Shown: positions 39,004 through 50,487, counted from the first letter of the stretch. The stretch is DNA of 64,000 nt from Candidatus Pelagisphaera sp. (GCA_051275055.1 JBNMOQ010000002.1:2056-66055), one strand, 5' to 3'. Program-made: numbers and translations. The notes: generated from the sequence alone by a model not told the origin.

Positions 39004-39033
39004 CAAGCCTCTTGCTCCTGAGCAAGAGGCTTG
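39004..39033. terminator. Strong stem-loop, probable terminator
   Basis: CAAGCCTCTTGCT-cctg-AGCAAGAGGCTTG, 13 bp perfect; U-tract weak. Confidence 0.6.
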
Positions 39034-39081
39034 CGTCTCTCTATCGACTAGTGAACCTTAAGATTTTCTCAATCGCATCGA

Positions 39082-39600
39082 ATGCCTTCACATTCTACAG
39101 ATTTGTCGCCTAGCGAAGCTCAGCTTTTCATGAGCCGGTTGCTCGATGGCGAACTCTCGCCAGACGATGCAAATCGCCTCCATGCGTTTTTGGGCGAAAA
39201 CCCAGATGCTATGGATTGGATGGAATCGAATCAGCTGATTCACGATTCCGAAAGCACCACGCCTTTTGTCGATGTTGATTCCCTTTGGAACGACCTCGAA
39301 CCTGCTCTCGAAGACCGAGGCCAAGCACCCAAGAAAAACGGCAAGTTCCTACACTTTCCTGTACTGTTCAAAACTCTAGGCTACGCGGCAGCGCTCACTC
39401 TTTTCGCATCTATTCTGTGGACTTCGTTCGTAAGCTCGACCGACGTTAGCACTGAACGTTATGCCGCAAGCGAATCCGTCGTGGAATTCGTCGACACGGA
39501 AATCCCGGATGCTAGCCCAGTCGTCTACACGGACGAAGCCTCTGGATGGACCGTCGTTTGGGTTTCTGAAATGGATCCAATGCCAGAAGAAACGAGTTAG
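39082..39600 (+). CDS. Anti-sigma-factor-like single-TM protein
   Basis: MSRLLDGELS...LHAFL N-terminus, central TM helix, short extracytoplasmic domain. Confidence 0.7.
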   Translation: MPSHSTDLSPSEAQLFMSRLLDGELSPDDANRLHAFLGENPDAMDWMESNQLIHDSESTTPFVDVDSLWNDLEPALEDRGQAPKKNGKFLHFPVLFKTLGYAAALTLFASILWTSFVSSTDVSTERYAASESVVEFVDTEIPDASPVVYTDEASGWTVVWVSEMDPMPEETS

Positions 39601-39701
39601 GTTGCAATTGCGGCCTATCCCATTTCCCTGACTTTAGTACTCTGATCAAATTTGGCAATTCGACGGAGCGATCGAATAGGAACCAGGAACCCCAACACTC
39701 T

Positions 39702-40121
39702 ATGAAAAAAGCTCTTCTGATCCTTATCCAGATCTTCGTCTTTATCTTTGCCGCAAACGGCAATGAAGAACCCGGAGAAGACAGTGCCCTCTCCTTCGAC
39801 AAGCCAATCGCCCAAACCATGGAGTTTCGCTTCGACATCGAAGAAGACCTCTACCCCGATCAAAGCACTTTCAAAATTGTAGATTTCGCTTTTCTCAGCA
39901 ACGAGAAAGGCGAACGAGCAGCCTTGGTCAATCTAACGAATACAGCCGTAGCACCGCGTACTCTCGCACCCAATCAAATCTACGGATTTTTCGCCGACGG
40001 CACCTATCGCCGGCCCACCAATTCCTCCGATCGAATTGACGGTGGCAAGACCAACTCGGTCCTACTCTCATTCGGCGTTTCGAAAACGCCTTTGGTAAAA
40101 TTGATCGTCAGGAATTTTTAG
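39702..40121 (+). CDS. Secreted hypothetical protein
   Basis: Signal peptide MKKALLILIQIFVFIFAA; 139 aa; stop overlaps the convergent gene. Confidence 0.75.
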   Translation: MKKALLILIQIFVFIFAANGNEEPGEDSALSFDKPIAQTMEFRFDIEEDLYPDQSTFKIVDFAFLSNEKGERAALVNLTNTAVAPRTLAPNQIYGFFADGTYRRPTNSSDRIDGGKTNSVLLSFGVSKTPLVKLIVRNF

Positions 40122-41077
40122 GTCTGTTGACCAGGTCGACGACGCGGACCCACTAGTTCGCCTCCCAATATAACTTTCCCCTCGCCCAATGATTTCTCGA
40201 GGCGTTTAGCGCCGCTCGCGGTTACCTGACTACCCCAGAGGTAGACTCGTTCGAGACTCTTCAACTTCACAAGTTTCTCGAGGCCCGCATCGGTTACGTT
40301 CGTATCGCGCAAATTCAGAACCTTCAAATTTTCGAGCTTGGAGACATATTCTAACCCACCATCACCAATGCTCGTTCTTCCAAGATCCAAATGCTCGATA
40401 TTCGAGTAATCTACGATTCCCTCCAAGTCCCCATCCGTTACATCTGTTCGAGCAAGCGTAAGTTTCACTAGCGTATCGCCTAGTTCCGCTAGCGTATCGA
40501 AAGCAAATGCACCTTCCGCGCGTTCAGCGTAAGTATAGTTGATTTCGAACCGACTCGCATCGTGATTCACTGTATCCACCTGCAAACCAGCCTCACGTAA
40601 TCGGGCTACGATTTCTACAGCGTCTCCCATTATGTTATATCTGCGCTCGTTCGCCGGATCTGCCTCTTCGAATTTCGACCTAATTTCCGGCGCAGGCACG
40701 TGAACGAACGATTCGCCAAAAGGTGCCCCATCCTCTATCCACTGTTTCAATAACTTCTGCTCTCGAACAGTCAGCCCTTTACCCTTTTGAGGCATATAGT
40801 CCGCATCGTCTTTGGGATACGTCGTTAAAACGTACAACGAACTTTCGTTCGGGTCTCCCGGTATCAATATCTCACCATACTCACCTCCAGCGAGAATCGC
40901 TTCTGGAGAATCCAAACGCAATTCGCCCTTCACCTTCTCGTCGCCATGGCAGCGGTAGCATTTCTCTTCTAGAATCGGAAGGATTTGCTTATCGAAATCT
41001 ACAGCGTAGGACGGCGATAAAGCCATTACTCCAAGACCAATCCATCCGCACGCACGGAATCTAAATAACACATTCAT
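40118..41077 (-). CDS. Planctomycete-type cytochrome c domain plus leucine-rich repeat protein
   Basis: DFDKQILPIL, CYRCHG heme motif, GELRLD, MPQKG; C-terminal LxxLxL.RT.VTD.GL repeats. Confidence 0.88.
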   Translation of the reverse strand: MNVLFRFRACGWIGLGVMALSPSYAVDFDKQILPILEEKCYRCHGDEKVKGELRLDSPEAILAGGEYGEILIPGDPNESSLYVLTTYPKDDADYMPQKGKGLTVREQKLLKQWIEDGAPFGESFVHVPAPEIRSKFEEADPANERRYNIMGDAVEIVARLREAGLQVDTVNHDASRFEINYTYAERAEGAFAFDTLAELGDTLVKLTLARTDVTDGDLEGIVDYSNIEHLDLGRTSIGDGGLEYVSKLENLKVLNLRDTNVTDAGLEKLVKLKSLERVYLWGSQVTASGAKRLEKSLGEGKVILGGELVGPRRRPGQQT

Positions 41078-41102
41078 AGCAACCTAATCAATGAAAGTAC
41101 AA

Positions 41103-42395
41103 TCAACCGAAGAGCTCCATAATCGGAGTACCCTTATCCGCTACGCGGAACGGGCGACCACTTGGCGAATAAACAGTTTTCTCCAAAGGCATTCCTAGAG
41201 CATAGCCAATCGTCGCATTGAAATCAGGCACTTCGACCTTTCGATCCGCTACCTTCTTTCCAATTGCATCTGTCTCGCCATACACTTGGCCTCCACGAAT
41301 ACCGCCTCCAGCTAACGCGCAAGAGAATGCTGTCGGCGAGTGATCCCGTCCATCGTTGCCATTGATCTGAGGAGTCCGTCCAAATTCAGTCGCAAGAACG
41401 ACCATCGTTTCCTCCAGCATTCCGCGTCGTTCCAAATCAGCCACCAATGTACCCATTGCTTGGTCCAGGATTTCCGCATTCTCTCCAACGCGTTCAAAAT
41501 TATTCGTGTGCGTATCCCAACCACCCAAAGTCACTTCTACGAAGCGAACATCATGCTCGACCAATCGACGAGCCAACAAGCAACCCTGTCCGAAAGCGTT
41601 CGTCCCATATGCCTCGCGGGTCGCCTTGCTCTCGCTATCCAACTCGAAAGCTGCCAAATCGCGACTCTTCATCAGTTTAATCGCATCATCATACATATCC
41701 GTATACGCACGCGTTTTCTTCTGATTGTAGCGATTGTGGAACTCCGCATCAAAGGCGTTGGTTAGCAAAATCGAATCATGAAATTCCTTTTCGGATACAC
41801 CCTTCCGCATCTTGCTATTCTGCAATCCAGCTTCCGGATTACCAATAACGAGCGGAGCGAAACGCTGTTCAAAGTAGCCATTTCCGCCTCCAGGATTCGC
41901 GCTCCCGATATGCACAACTCCAGGTAGGTTCGGATTGCGAACTCCATCCATTTTCATCAGCCAAGAGCCGATCCCCGGGTGAACAATCGTTCCTCGCTTC
42001 GTGTAGCTGGAATGCATAAAGTAGCGTCCTTCCTCGTGCGCGCCTTGGGTCGAACTCAACGAACGGACCACCGCCATTTTATCCATCTGTTGAGAGATTC
42101 GCGGCAAATATTCGCTAAGCTGAATCCCCGGTACATTCGTAGAAATGGGGTTGACCGGACCACGCACATCTCGATCCGCCTTGGGATCAAAAGTATCCAA
42201 GTGACTCATACCGCCAGACATATAGAGGTAGATCACGTTTTTTGCAGTGGGTAGTCTACCTGGGACTCCCGTTGCTGCAAACGCTTCCGAACGAATCCCC
42301 ATTGGCATAAGCCCTACTCCAAGAAATGCCTTAGCGGAGTAAGAGAGGAATTCGCGGCGATCAAGATTCGGAATTTTTTTGAGTATATTTTTCAT
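41103..42395 (-). CDS. DUF1501 family protein with twin-arginine-like leader
   Basis: DRREFL, GGMSHLDTFDPK, GCLLARRLVE..VRFV, GGWDTH, TEFGRTP, GRDH. Confidence 0.92.
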   Translation of the reverse strand: MKNILKKIPNLDRREFLSYSAKAFLGVGLMPMGIRSEAFAATGVPGRLPTAKNVIYLYMSGGMSHLDTFDPKADRDVRGPVNPISTNVPGIQLSEYLPRISQQMDKMAVVRSLSSTQGAHEEGRYFMHSSYTKRGTIVHPGIGSWLMKMDGVRNPNLPGVVHIGSANPGGGNGYFEQRFAPLVIGNPEAGLQNSKMRKGVSEKEFHDSILLTNAFDAEFHNRYNQKKTRAYTDMYDDAIKLMKSRDLAAFELDSESKATREAYGTNAFGQGCLLARRLVEHDVRFVEVTLGGWDTHTNNFERVGENAEILDQAMGTLVADLERRGMLEETMVVLATEFGRTPQINGNDGRDHSPTAFSCALAGGGIRGGQVYGETDAIGKKVADRKVEVPDFNATIGYALGMPLEKTVYSPSGRPFRVADKGTPIMELFG

Positions 42396-42422
42396 AGTCT
42401 CGAATTTACGATCGGTATATAA

Positions 42423-44606
42423 TTATTGGATAAAACGAAATTCCTGCGTATTCATCAAGGATGCTAGCAATTGACGGTAACCTCGACCTTTGTCGCCTTT
42501 GGTGTTTTGCTGAAGCTGGGCTCCCATCAATTCTTGCTCTCGAGGCGTCGGCAATCGAGAGAAAAACGATTGAAAAACTGTATCCATCCGGCGACGAGGA
42601 TTGCTCGTCTTTTGCACTGCGATATTCAAAGCCGAATTTTGACGAGTCAACCAGTACAAGGTCTCCCCGTTGAGCAATCGGAGAGCTTGAGTAATCGAAG
42701 CGTCATCATTGGAATTTTCAATAATTTCGCGATCGGACTGACCGAACTGGCGCAAGAAGTGCCCTGCTGGCGCGGGCGAAACAATTTCCGATGCTCGAAC
42801 CATTCCAGCAGACATACCACGCCAACGTGGATCGCGCTTCATTTCCTTAGCCTTTTCGCTCAAAGTTCCTGAAGGATTCCCATAACCAGCTCCCATGCTC
42901 ATGCTATTAGCCATGCCTTTCGATTCAGGGTCTTTCATTGCTAGCTCCATCGCACTCGTATCCTCCCCATTCATCTTGGCGAGAAACAGCTCCATCGCTT
43001 TATTCTTCTGTGATCGAGCTTTCTGGTACTGCTTCCTTAACTCTTTGCGCTCTTTCTCGGAAGTCGCCTTCTGAAGCAACTGGCGGTACTGTTTTTCATA
43101 GTCGATGAAGCGCGTTTCGAGATCAGTCAAACGAACTACCATACCGTACGCTTGAGCTGTATCGAGATTCTCGACACGCTCGACTTGCTTCGCCATGCTA
43201 GCCTCGCCTTGGCGCGCTTTCAACATTCCCGGTTCGACTCCGACACGCTCATCTAAATCCACAACCGCCAATGTTAGCATCGAGTCCCACAACTGTTCCG
43301 CAGTCATTCGTCGCAAAATTGGTCCTTGAAAATGATAGGTTTCATCCGGCTCAGGCGATTCCGCCGAAACGGCGCTTTGGTAGGTACGCGTGTTCAGCAA
43401 GGTTCGCAGATATTGCTTTTGATCGAAATCGTAAGCGACCATTAGCTCCTTCAAATATTCCATTAACTCCGGATTCGAAGCTACTGTATCGTCCGTAAAA
43501 TTATCGACTGGTTCGATCAGCCCAATGCCCATCGTCTTCTTCCATAGCCGATTTGCGATAACCTTTGAAAAGCGCGGATTCTCAGTCGAGGTCAGCCAAT
43601 CAGCATACACAGAACGTGGATCGTCTTTCTTTCCGACTATCGCTTCTTCGCCAAATGGAGTCTTAGGCGACATCTTTTGCTTGGGACGGGCGTTCTTGTA
43701 TTGGTAATCGTCCGGAAGCTTCAAATCTCGTTTCACTTCGGCCGCTTGAGCAGTCATCGGCATTACGAGATCTCTAACAACTCGACGTTGCGATGGAGGT
43801 GGCTGAGTCAGTTTGCGAGCTTCCTTCGGGTCCATCCCTTCACTTATTTTCTTCTTAGTCAGGCCTCTTTGGATTGCTTGAAAATCCTTGGAAAGTGGAA
43901 TTTTCCCGTAAGGCAGCTGAGCCTGTAACCCGAAGGTATACGCCGCCATATGGTAATACTCTTTCTGAGTCCATTTATCGAATGGGTGATCGTGACACTG
44001 AGCGCACTGCATGCGCGTTCCCAAAAAGACCTGTGCCGTATTCGACATATTATCGAGAGGCATGCCCGCATCGCGCAAATAATACCCCACTGCCGGATCG
44101 TCCCAAACATAACCTTCAGAAGTTATCATTTCGCGGACGAATTCATCGTATGGTTGATTCTCTCTGAGCGATTCCTTAATCCAATCTTGATACGATGCCA
44201 TAATCGTACGGCGACCACGCGATTTAACCCGCAATACGTCCGCCCAGTAATTATAGTGATGGCTTACGTACCCCTCCGAATTCAGCAGAGAATCGATCAA
44301 TTTCGAACGCCGATCTTCGGATTTCGATTTCATAAACTCAGTGAGTTCATCGTAAGTGGGAATCCGCCCGATCACATCCAAATACACGCGACGAACGAAA
44401 AACTCATCAGAAACCGCTTCATTGCGTTCCAATCCCTCGGTTTTCAACCCCTTTTCAATGTAGAGGTCGATCTGCTGCGCCGCATCGAGAATATTAGCGA
44501 AGTCGGGGCCGTTCTGCTTTTCAGCGCTCGCGAAGCAACACGTAATTAGGCCCAAAACGATAAGAAAATGCTTCAATAGGTAGTTGGTCATCCTTGAATC
44601 CCTCAT
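42423..44606 (-). CDS. DUF1549/DUF1553 (PSD1/PSD2) domain protein
   Basis: FVRRVYLDVIGRIPT, CAQCHDHPFD, NRLWKKTMG.GL, SITQAL.LLN, NTQEF.F. Confidence 0.92.
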   Translation of the reverse strand: MRDSRMTNYLLKHFLIVLGLITCCFASAEKQNGPDFANILDAAQQIDLYIEKGLKTEGLERNEAVSDEFFVRRVYLDVIGRIPTYDELTEFMKSKSEDRRSKLIDSLLNSEGYVSHHYNYWADVLRVKSRGRRTIMASYQDWIKESLRENQPYDEFVREMITSEGYVWDDPAVGYYLRDAGMPLDNMSNTAQVFLGTRMQCAQCHDHPFDKWTQKEYYHMAAYTFGLQAQLPYGKIPLSKDFQAIQRGLTKKKISEGMDPKEARKLTQPPPSQRRVVRDLVMPMTAQAAEVKRDLKLPDDYQYKNARPKQKMSPKTPFGEEAIVGKKDDPRSVYADWLTSTENPRFSKVIANRLWKKTMGIGLIEPVDNFTDDTVASNPELMEYLKELMVAYDFDQKQYLRTLLNTRTYQSAVSAESPEPDETYHFQGPILRRMTAEQLWDSMLTLAVVDLDERVGVEPGMLKARQGEASMAKQVERVENLDTAQAYGMVVRLTDLETRFIDYEKQYRQLLQKATSEKERKELRKQYQKARSQKNKAMELFLAKMNGEDTSAMELAMKDPESKGMANSMSMGAGYGNPSGTLSEKAKEMKRDPRWRGMSAGMVRASEIVSPAPAGHFLRQFGQSDREIIENSNDDASITQALRLLNGETLYWLTRQNSALNIAVQKTSNPRRRMDTVFQSFFSRLPTPREQELMGAQLQQNTKGDKGRGYRQLLASLMNTQEFRFIQ

Positions 44607-44839
44607 AAGCTCATTAACAGTTAAGAAATGAAAGGCCTCAGCATAAAAGCTGAAAACGCTCTTTTGCTACCTAATAACGGCTCAAAGACTCAGCAAGTTT
44701 CGAAAAACTCCGTTTATATTCCACCAAAAATCACACAAACCCGAAATAGTCCGTCCCAAATTCCCTAGGATGGGATGTGACAAGACAGAACAGAATACCA
44801 ACTCAGGCGAAACGTTTCTCCGCCAAAGCCTAGAAATGC

Positions 44840-45706
<867 letters not shown>

Positions 45707-45859
45707 TCACACGTGCAAAGTAAAAAATTGCCGCTCAGCCAGTGAACTCCAATGCACGCTCTAGCTTCCATTTTTGTTGCGATTACCATCCAATTCAAAC
45801 TGGGTAATCGGTGTAGGCTAGAGGAGCGATTTGGCACTCAGCCTAAACGCTTTTAGTTT

Positions 45860-46441
45860 ATGTCAAAACGAAGATTCTGCTGGATAGACCTTGAAATGAC
45901 CGGACTGGATCCGAATACGGACCGGATCCTCGAAGCCGGAATAATCGTTACGGATAAATTTCTCAAACCGGTTTTCGAATGGGAAACCGCAGTCACCCAA
46001 CCGCCTGAAGTTCTCGAAAACATGAACGACTGGTGCAAGCATCACCACGCGAAAAGCGGTCTACTCGACCGCATTCCGGGCGGTGTTTCCGAGAGCCAGC
46101 TCGATGAACGTCTCGCCGAAATTGTCCTAGAGCATTTCAAGAAGAAGAACCCTGTCGTCATCTGTGGAAACTCCATTTCCCAAGATCGCAAATTCATCGA
46201 TCAATATCTCCCGAAGTTTTCCGAGCGACTTCACTATCGAATGTTAGACGTATCCAGTTTTAAGATCGTCTATCGAGAAATGCTCGGCCGAGAGTTCAAA
46301 AAGGGAAACACTCACCGAGCGCTAGACGACATCAAAGAATCCATCGCCGAGCTAAAGTACTACATGACTGCGATAGATCCATCCGGTCTGTCCTTGATCG
46401 ATAATTCCCACAACCTTCCGAAGACGGACAACGAAGGCTAG
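45860..46441 (+). CDS. orn: Oligoribonuclease
   Basis: WIDLEMTGLD, GNSI..DR.FI, LHYR.LDVSS, HRALDDIKESI.EL.YY. Confidence 0.95.
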   Translation: MSKRRFCWIDLEMTGLDPNTDRILEAGIIVTDKFLKPVFEWETAVTQPPEVLENMNDWCKHHHAKSGLLDRIPGGVSESQLDERLAEIVLEHFKKKNPVVICGNSISQDRKFIDQYLPKFSERLHYRMLDVSSFKIVYREMLGREFKKGNTHRALDDIKESIAELKYYMTAIDPSGLSLIDNSHNLPKTDNEG

Positions 46442-46443
46442 CA

Positions 46444-47688
46444 ATGAAGACGATTCGAAATCTTGGTGCGTTCGGACTGCTTTTACTAATTCTCGCGGGC
46501 CAAAGCTTCGCCGATTCGAATCGCATAGATCCCAAAACCAAAGAACGAATACTCGCTCGCGTATCCCATCTAATTCAGACCAAAGCTTTCGCCTTCGACA
46601 CCGACTTCGATCGCTGGCCGGAAATTTTGCAATCCCACCGCAAAGCGATCGATTCTGCATCGACGGTGAACGAATTCGAAGAAGCCCTGGACCTTTCTTT
46701 CGACGCATTCGAAATTTCACACCTCTACATCACTCCTCCGAAAATAGAGGCATCCGACTCCGATCGCCCCATCCGTCGATTAGGCATTAACGGCCCTAAT
46801 ACGAAGACTGGCATTGCTGTCACCCATGTCGCCAAAGAAAGCCCCGCAGCCGAAGCCGGAATCCGCAAACTCGATACAATAACCTCGATTAACGGAGCTT
46901 GGCCCGCGAGGCTCAACTACCTAAAGGGCATACGAGGCGAACGCATTGCAATCGAATGGACCCGACAAGGCGAATCAATGTCCGGCGAGATCACCTGTCG
47001 CCCATTCACATCGACCGACCTTCCTTGGATCGAATGGCCAAGCCCGAACGTTGCCGTCATTCACATCCAAGGTTTCACGAACGAAGGTTACAAGATGCTA
47101 ACCATTTCAAAACTCTTTCGCCAAGCCAATGACGCTCAAGCAATCATTATCGATCTTAGAAACAACTATGGCGGCTATCTCCACAATGCCTTGCACCTCG
47201 CAGGAAAAGTCCTCGAACGAAACCAAATATTCGCTCTTCATGTATCAAGAAAACACTACTCGAGTTTCGAATACGAAGTGGACCTAGAAAAGCATATCAC
47301 TTCTAGCGAAGCCATTCGCCATAGCCGTAAACTAAAACCGACTTTCAGCCTCAAGCGTTACAAAGGAAAGCTCGCCGTACTCGTCGACGGCTATAGCGCC
47401 AGCGCGGCCGACATATTTCCCGCCGCCATTCAAGAACACCAACGCGGTTTAGTTATTGGAACGCAATCAAGCGGAGCTCTCATCGGCTCACGAGTCACCC
47501 GTCTTCCGGACGGATATCGATTAACCTATCCCTTCGTTGAAGTGCTAACCAGCCAAGGTAATCGGCTAGAAAGCAATGGAGTTGTTCCCGACATAGAGCT
47601 CAGTTGGCAGGAAACTGCCAACGATTCCATAATCTACGAACGAACGATCCAAACCCTACTCCCGAAAAACGCATTGCTTAGGAAATAA
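46444..47688 (+). CDS. S41 family peptidase with PDZ domain
   Basis: Signal peptide, PDZ-like RLGING...ESPAAEAGI, IIDLRNNYGG, SASAAD, GVVPD. Confidence 0.85.
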   Translation: MKTIRNLGAFGLLLLILAGQSFADSNRIDPKTKERILARVSHLIQTKAFAFDTDFDRWPEILQSHRKAIDSASTVNEFEEALDLSFDAFEISHLYITPPKIEASDSDRPIRRLGINGPNTKTGIAVTHVAKESPAAEAGIRKLDTITSINGAWPARLNYLKGIRGERIAIEWTRQGESMSGEITCRPFTSTDLPWIEWPSPNVAVIHIQGFTNEGYKMLTISKLFRQANDAQAIIIDLRNNYGGYLHNALHLAGKVLERNQIFALHVSRKHYSSFEYEVDLEKHITSSEAIRHSRKLKPTFSLKRYKGKLAVLVDGYSASAADIFPAAIQEHQRGLVIGTQSSGALIGSRVTRLPDGYRLTYPFVEVLTSQGNRLESNGVVPDIELSWQETANDSIIYERTIQTLLPKNALLRK

Positions 47689-47721
47689 AAGACATCCCTA
47701 TTCACGCTCTGGACAATGCGC

Positions 47722-49122
47722 CTAATTTTTAGGGCCATAAAAAGCGTCGATCTTAAGAGCAACATCCTTGTATCCAATATCATTGGAATAAATGGCTTTA
47801 TATTGTTCAATCGCCTCTGCATTTCGCTCTAAACGCTCAAAGCACTGTGCCAGTAAATAGAGCACTTCCTTTTTGAAATCGTCCATAACACTCAGGCCTT
47901 CAGCCGCTCGTTGCAATTGCTCCAAAGCTAAGTCGAAGAGCTCCTTTGCCATGAAACAGCGAGCCAACAACACCAACGATTTCAGTCGAAGACTCGGGCT
48001 ACGTTGAGATATCTGAAACTGCTGAACCGCGCCGTCGATAATCCCGCTTTCAAGCAGATATTCTCCATATTTAAATCGACGAATATAATCATTGGGGAAT
48101 TGCTCAACCAACTTGCGGCTCTCTTCCAGTTTCAATTGGAGAAACTCCTTTTCGAGTTCAATTAATCGTTCGCTCGATTCACTTCCAGTCGAAGAATCTC
48201 GTTTCAAATCAAACAATTCCCGCTCGACCCGACTCACCTTCAATTCGCTTCGCAAATGCAAAAGCGGAACATCGCCCTCCGCATGCGGCAGCGCAAAAGC
48301 CTTTTCAAGCCAACCCAACGACTCGTCGTATTTCTCCTGTTGCATCAGCGCTCGAATAATCAGCTTATAATTATCTATCTGCTGAGGATCTTGATGAATA
48401 GCTGAAGTTATATCCTGGATACGATTTTCTCCCGTACTATCGTCAAACACTACTCGATTCGCCCGCTCCAGCGAATCCGATTCGGATTTATCTTTCAGCT
48501 TCGACCGAAAATCTTCCTCCTTCTCCGCCCATTTTCCCTTATTGATCGAATGAGCAACCGAAGCGGATTTCACCAACTCCTGAACATGTCCGACACCTGG
48601 TTTCAAACGCGTGAGGCGCTCAGCGATGCCCAATGCCTTCTCGGTCGAGCCCACCTTGATCAGCGCCTGACACAAACGTTCCAATTTTACGAAATCATCG
48701 GGACTCCGATCGCAAATCGATTCCAAGCAAAAAGCTTCGGTTTGATTAAAACTCAATTTGCCTGCCCCCCTCGCTACCAAAGACAAAGCACGCATATTGT
48801 ACGCATCCTTATTCAGAACGCTTTCTCCGATAGACATCGATTTAACAGGACTGCGAGAAAGTGCAAGATAGCCAAATGGAAGTACTAAATAATTAGCCAA
48901 TCGAATCAGTTTCGGTCCAATCCCCTTGCCGCTAGAAGCCAATACCTGTCGCTGTGCCTTCCGCAAAAGTTGCCGAATACCCAAGCAGCCTGGATGCTCG
49001 TTCAATAGTTCAAAACAGATATCAACCGTGTATTCGGAATTCCCGCGCGTCATAGCTAAACGCGCATTGTCGATTTTTTTGCGATCTCTTTCGCCAAGTT
49101 CTTGTTCCGAGATTTCCGACAT
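47722..49122 (-). CDS. Tetratricopeptide repeat protein
   Basis: Several TPR-like helical pairs; C-terminal Y..IY..DIGYKDV motif. Confidence 0.8.
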   Translation of the reverse strand: MSEISEQELGERDRKKIDNARLAMTRGNSEYTVDICFELLNEHPGCLGIRQLLRKAQRQVLASSGKGIGPKLIRLANYLVLPFGYLALSRSPVKSMSIGESVLNKDAYNMRALSLVARGAGKLSFNQTEAFCLESICDRSPDDFVKLERLCQALIKVGSTEKALGIAERLTRLKPGVGHVQELVKSASVAHSINKGKWAEKEEDFRSKLKDKSESDSLERANRVVFDDSTGENRIQDITSAIHQDPQQIDNYKLIIRALMQQEKYDESLGWLEKAFALPHAEGDVPLLHLRSELKVSRVERELFDLKRDSSTGSESSERLIELEKEFLQLKLEESRKLVEQFPNDYIRRFKYGEYLLESGIIDGAVQQFQISQRSPSLRLKSLVLLARCFMAKELFDLALEQLQRAAEGLSVMDDFKKEVLYLLAQCFERLERNAEAIEQYKAIYSNDIGYKDVALKIDAFYGPKN

Positions 49123-49140
49123 CCTACACCAGCGAACCCA

Positions 49141-50487
49141 TTAATTTATATCGGTCGCGACAGCTGCCTCCAGGCGTTGAATTGCATCGGACGTCAAAGC
49201 GTCCGTCTTTGCTTCCACCAGCAATCGAAGTTTCGGCTCAGTTCCAGAATAGCGAACTAACAAGCGCCCTTCGTCGCCAAACTCATTTTCCAATTCCTCA
49301 ATAACTGCACTCACATTGACACAAGTATCCAATGCCGGCTTCGAAGCGACCCGAATCGCTCGCGTCTGTTGCGGATACGCTTGATAGAATGACGCGAGTT
49401 CGCCCAGAGATTGTTCGGATTCCACAACTGCCTGAGCCACCTTCAAAGCGGAAAACAACCCATCGCCCGTCATGGAAAAGTCGCCGACCACAACATGACC
49501 CGATTCTTCTCCTCCCAACGAAAATCCATCAGAGATCATTAAACGCGACACGAACTTGTCTCCGATATCCACCCGTCTAACCGAAATTCCCACTTTCCCG
49601 AGAGCAGCGTCCAAACCAAGATTGCTTTGAGCCGTCGTAACAAGAACGTCCCCTTTCAGTACGCCCTGTGTTTTCGCTCGGATCGCCAGTAGCCCCAAGG
49701 TCGCCTCTCCCGAAATATTGCTCCCGCTCTCATCGAACGCTATCATGCGATCGCCATCCCCATCGAACGCAAATCCCATATTGAAAGCGCCCAACTCGAA
49801 AACCGCCGCGAGCGACTGTGGGTACTCGCTACCGACGCCATCATTGATATTCGACCCATTCGGAGAGTTTCCTACTATAGTCACGTCAGCGCCAAACGCC
49901 TCGAACATGTCCAAAGCGAAAGCGCTCAATGCCCCATTCGAACAATCCAAAGCCACTCGCTTGCCATTCAACATGCCCTGCGGAAAAGCCTGCCGAATGG
50001 AATCTAAATACATCTCGCACTTCTGAACCGCTGCATCCTCCTTTGGCGGCCAATTCGTTCCTTCAAGCGAATTCGCAGCTCCAACAGCGTCATCCAATTC
50101 CTTCTCGAGAACCTCCGAAGGTTTCGTCCCATCCGCCTGGAAAAACTTAATCCCGTTGTCCGTGTGCGGATTATGGGAGGCAGTAATCGCACAGCCCATT
50201 GACGCTTCACTCAGAGCCACGACCTTCGCGATGGCAGGCGTGGGAGCTACACCTATCGACTCGACTCGGCCACCCTCGGATTCAAACCCCGCAGCCAAAG
50301 CCGCCAAAAGCGTGCTCCCCGATGCACGGGTATCCCTTCCCACAACAATGAGAGGCGACTCCGTATCATATTGGCGCTTCGCAACTCGAGCTGCAGCAAC
50401 GCCCGCTCGATAGGCGGTATTATCATTTAGAGTAGGTCCGCCGTATAAACCACGGATTCCATCAGTTCCAAAAAATCGAAGTGCCAT
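49141..50487 (-). CDS. glmM: Phosphoglucosamine mutase
   Basis: FGTDGIRG, ITASHNP..DNGIKF, FDGDGDR, GGEESGH, RYSGTEP. Confidence 0.93.
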   Translation of the reverse strand: MALRFFGTDGIRGLYGGPTLNDNTAYRAGVAAARVAKRQYDTESPLIVVGRDTRASGSTLLAALAAGFESEGGRVESIGVAPTPAIAKVVALSEASMGCAITASHNPHTDNGIKFFQADGTKPSEVLEKELDDAVGAANSLEGTNWPPKEDAAVQKCEMYLDSIRQAFPQGMLNGKRVALDCSNGALSAFALDMFEAFGADVTIVGNSPNGSNINDGVGSEYPQSLAAVFELGAFNMGFAFDGDGDRMIAFDESGSNISGEATLGLLAIRAKTQGVLKGDVLVTTAQSNLGLDAALGKVGISVRRVDIGDKFVSRLMISDGFSLGGEESGHVVVGDFSMTGDGLFSALKVAQAVVESEQSLGELASFYQAYPQQTRAIRVASKPALDTCVNVSAVIEELENEFGDEGRLLVRYSGTEPKLRLLVEAKTDALTSDAIQRLEAAVATDIN

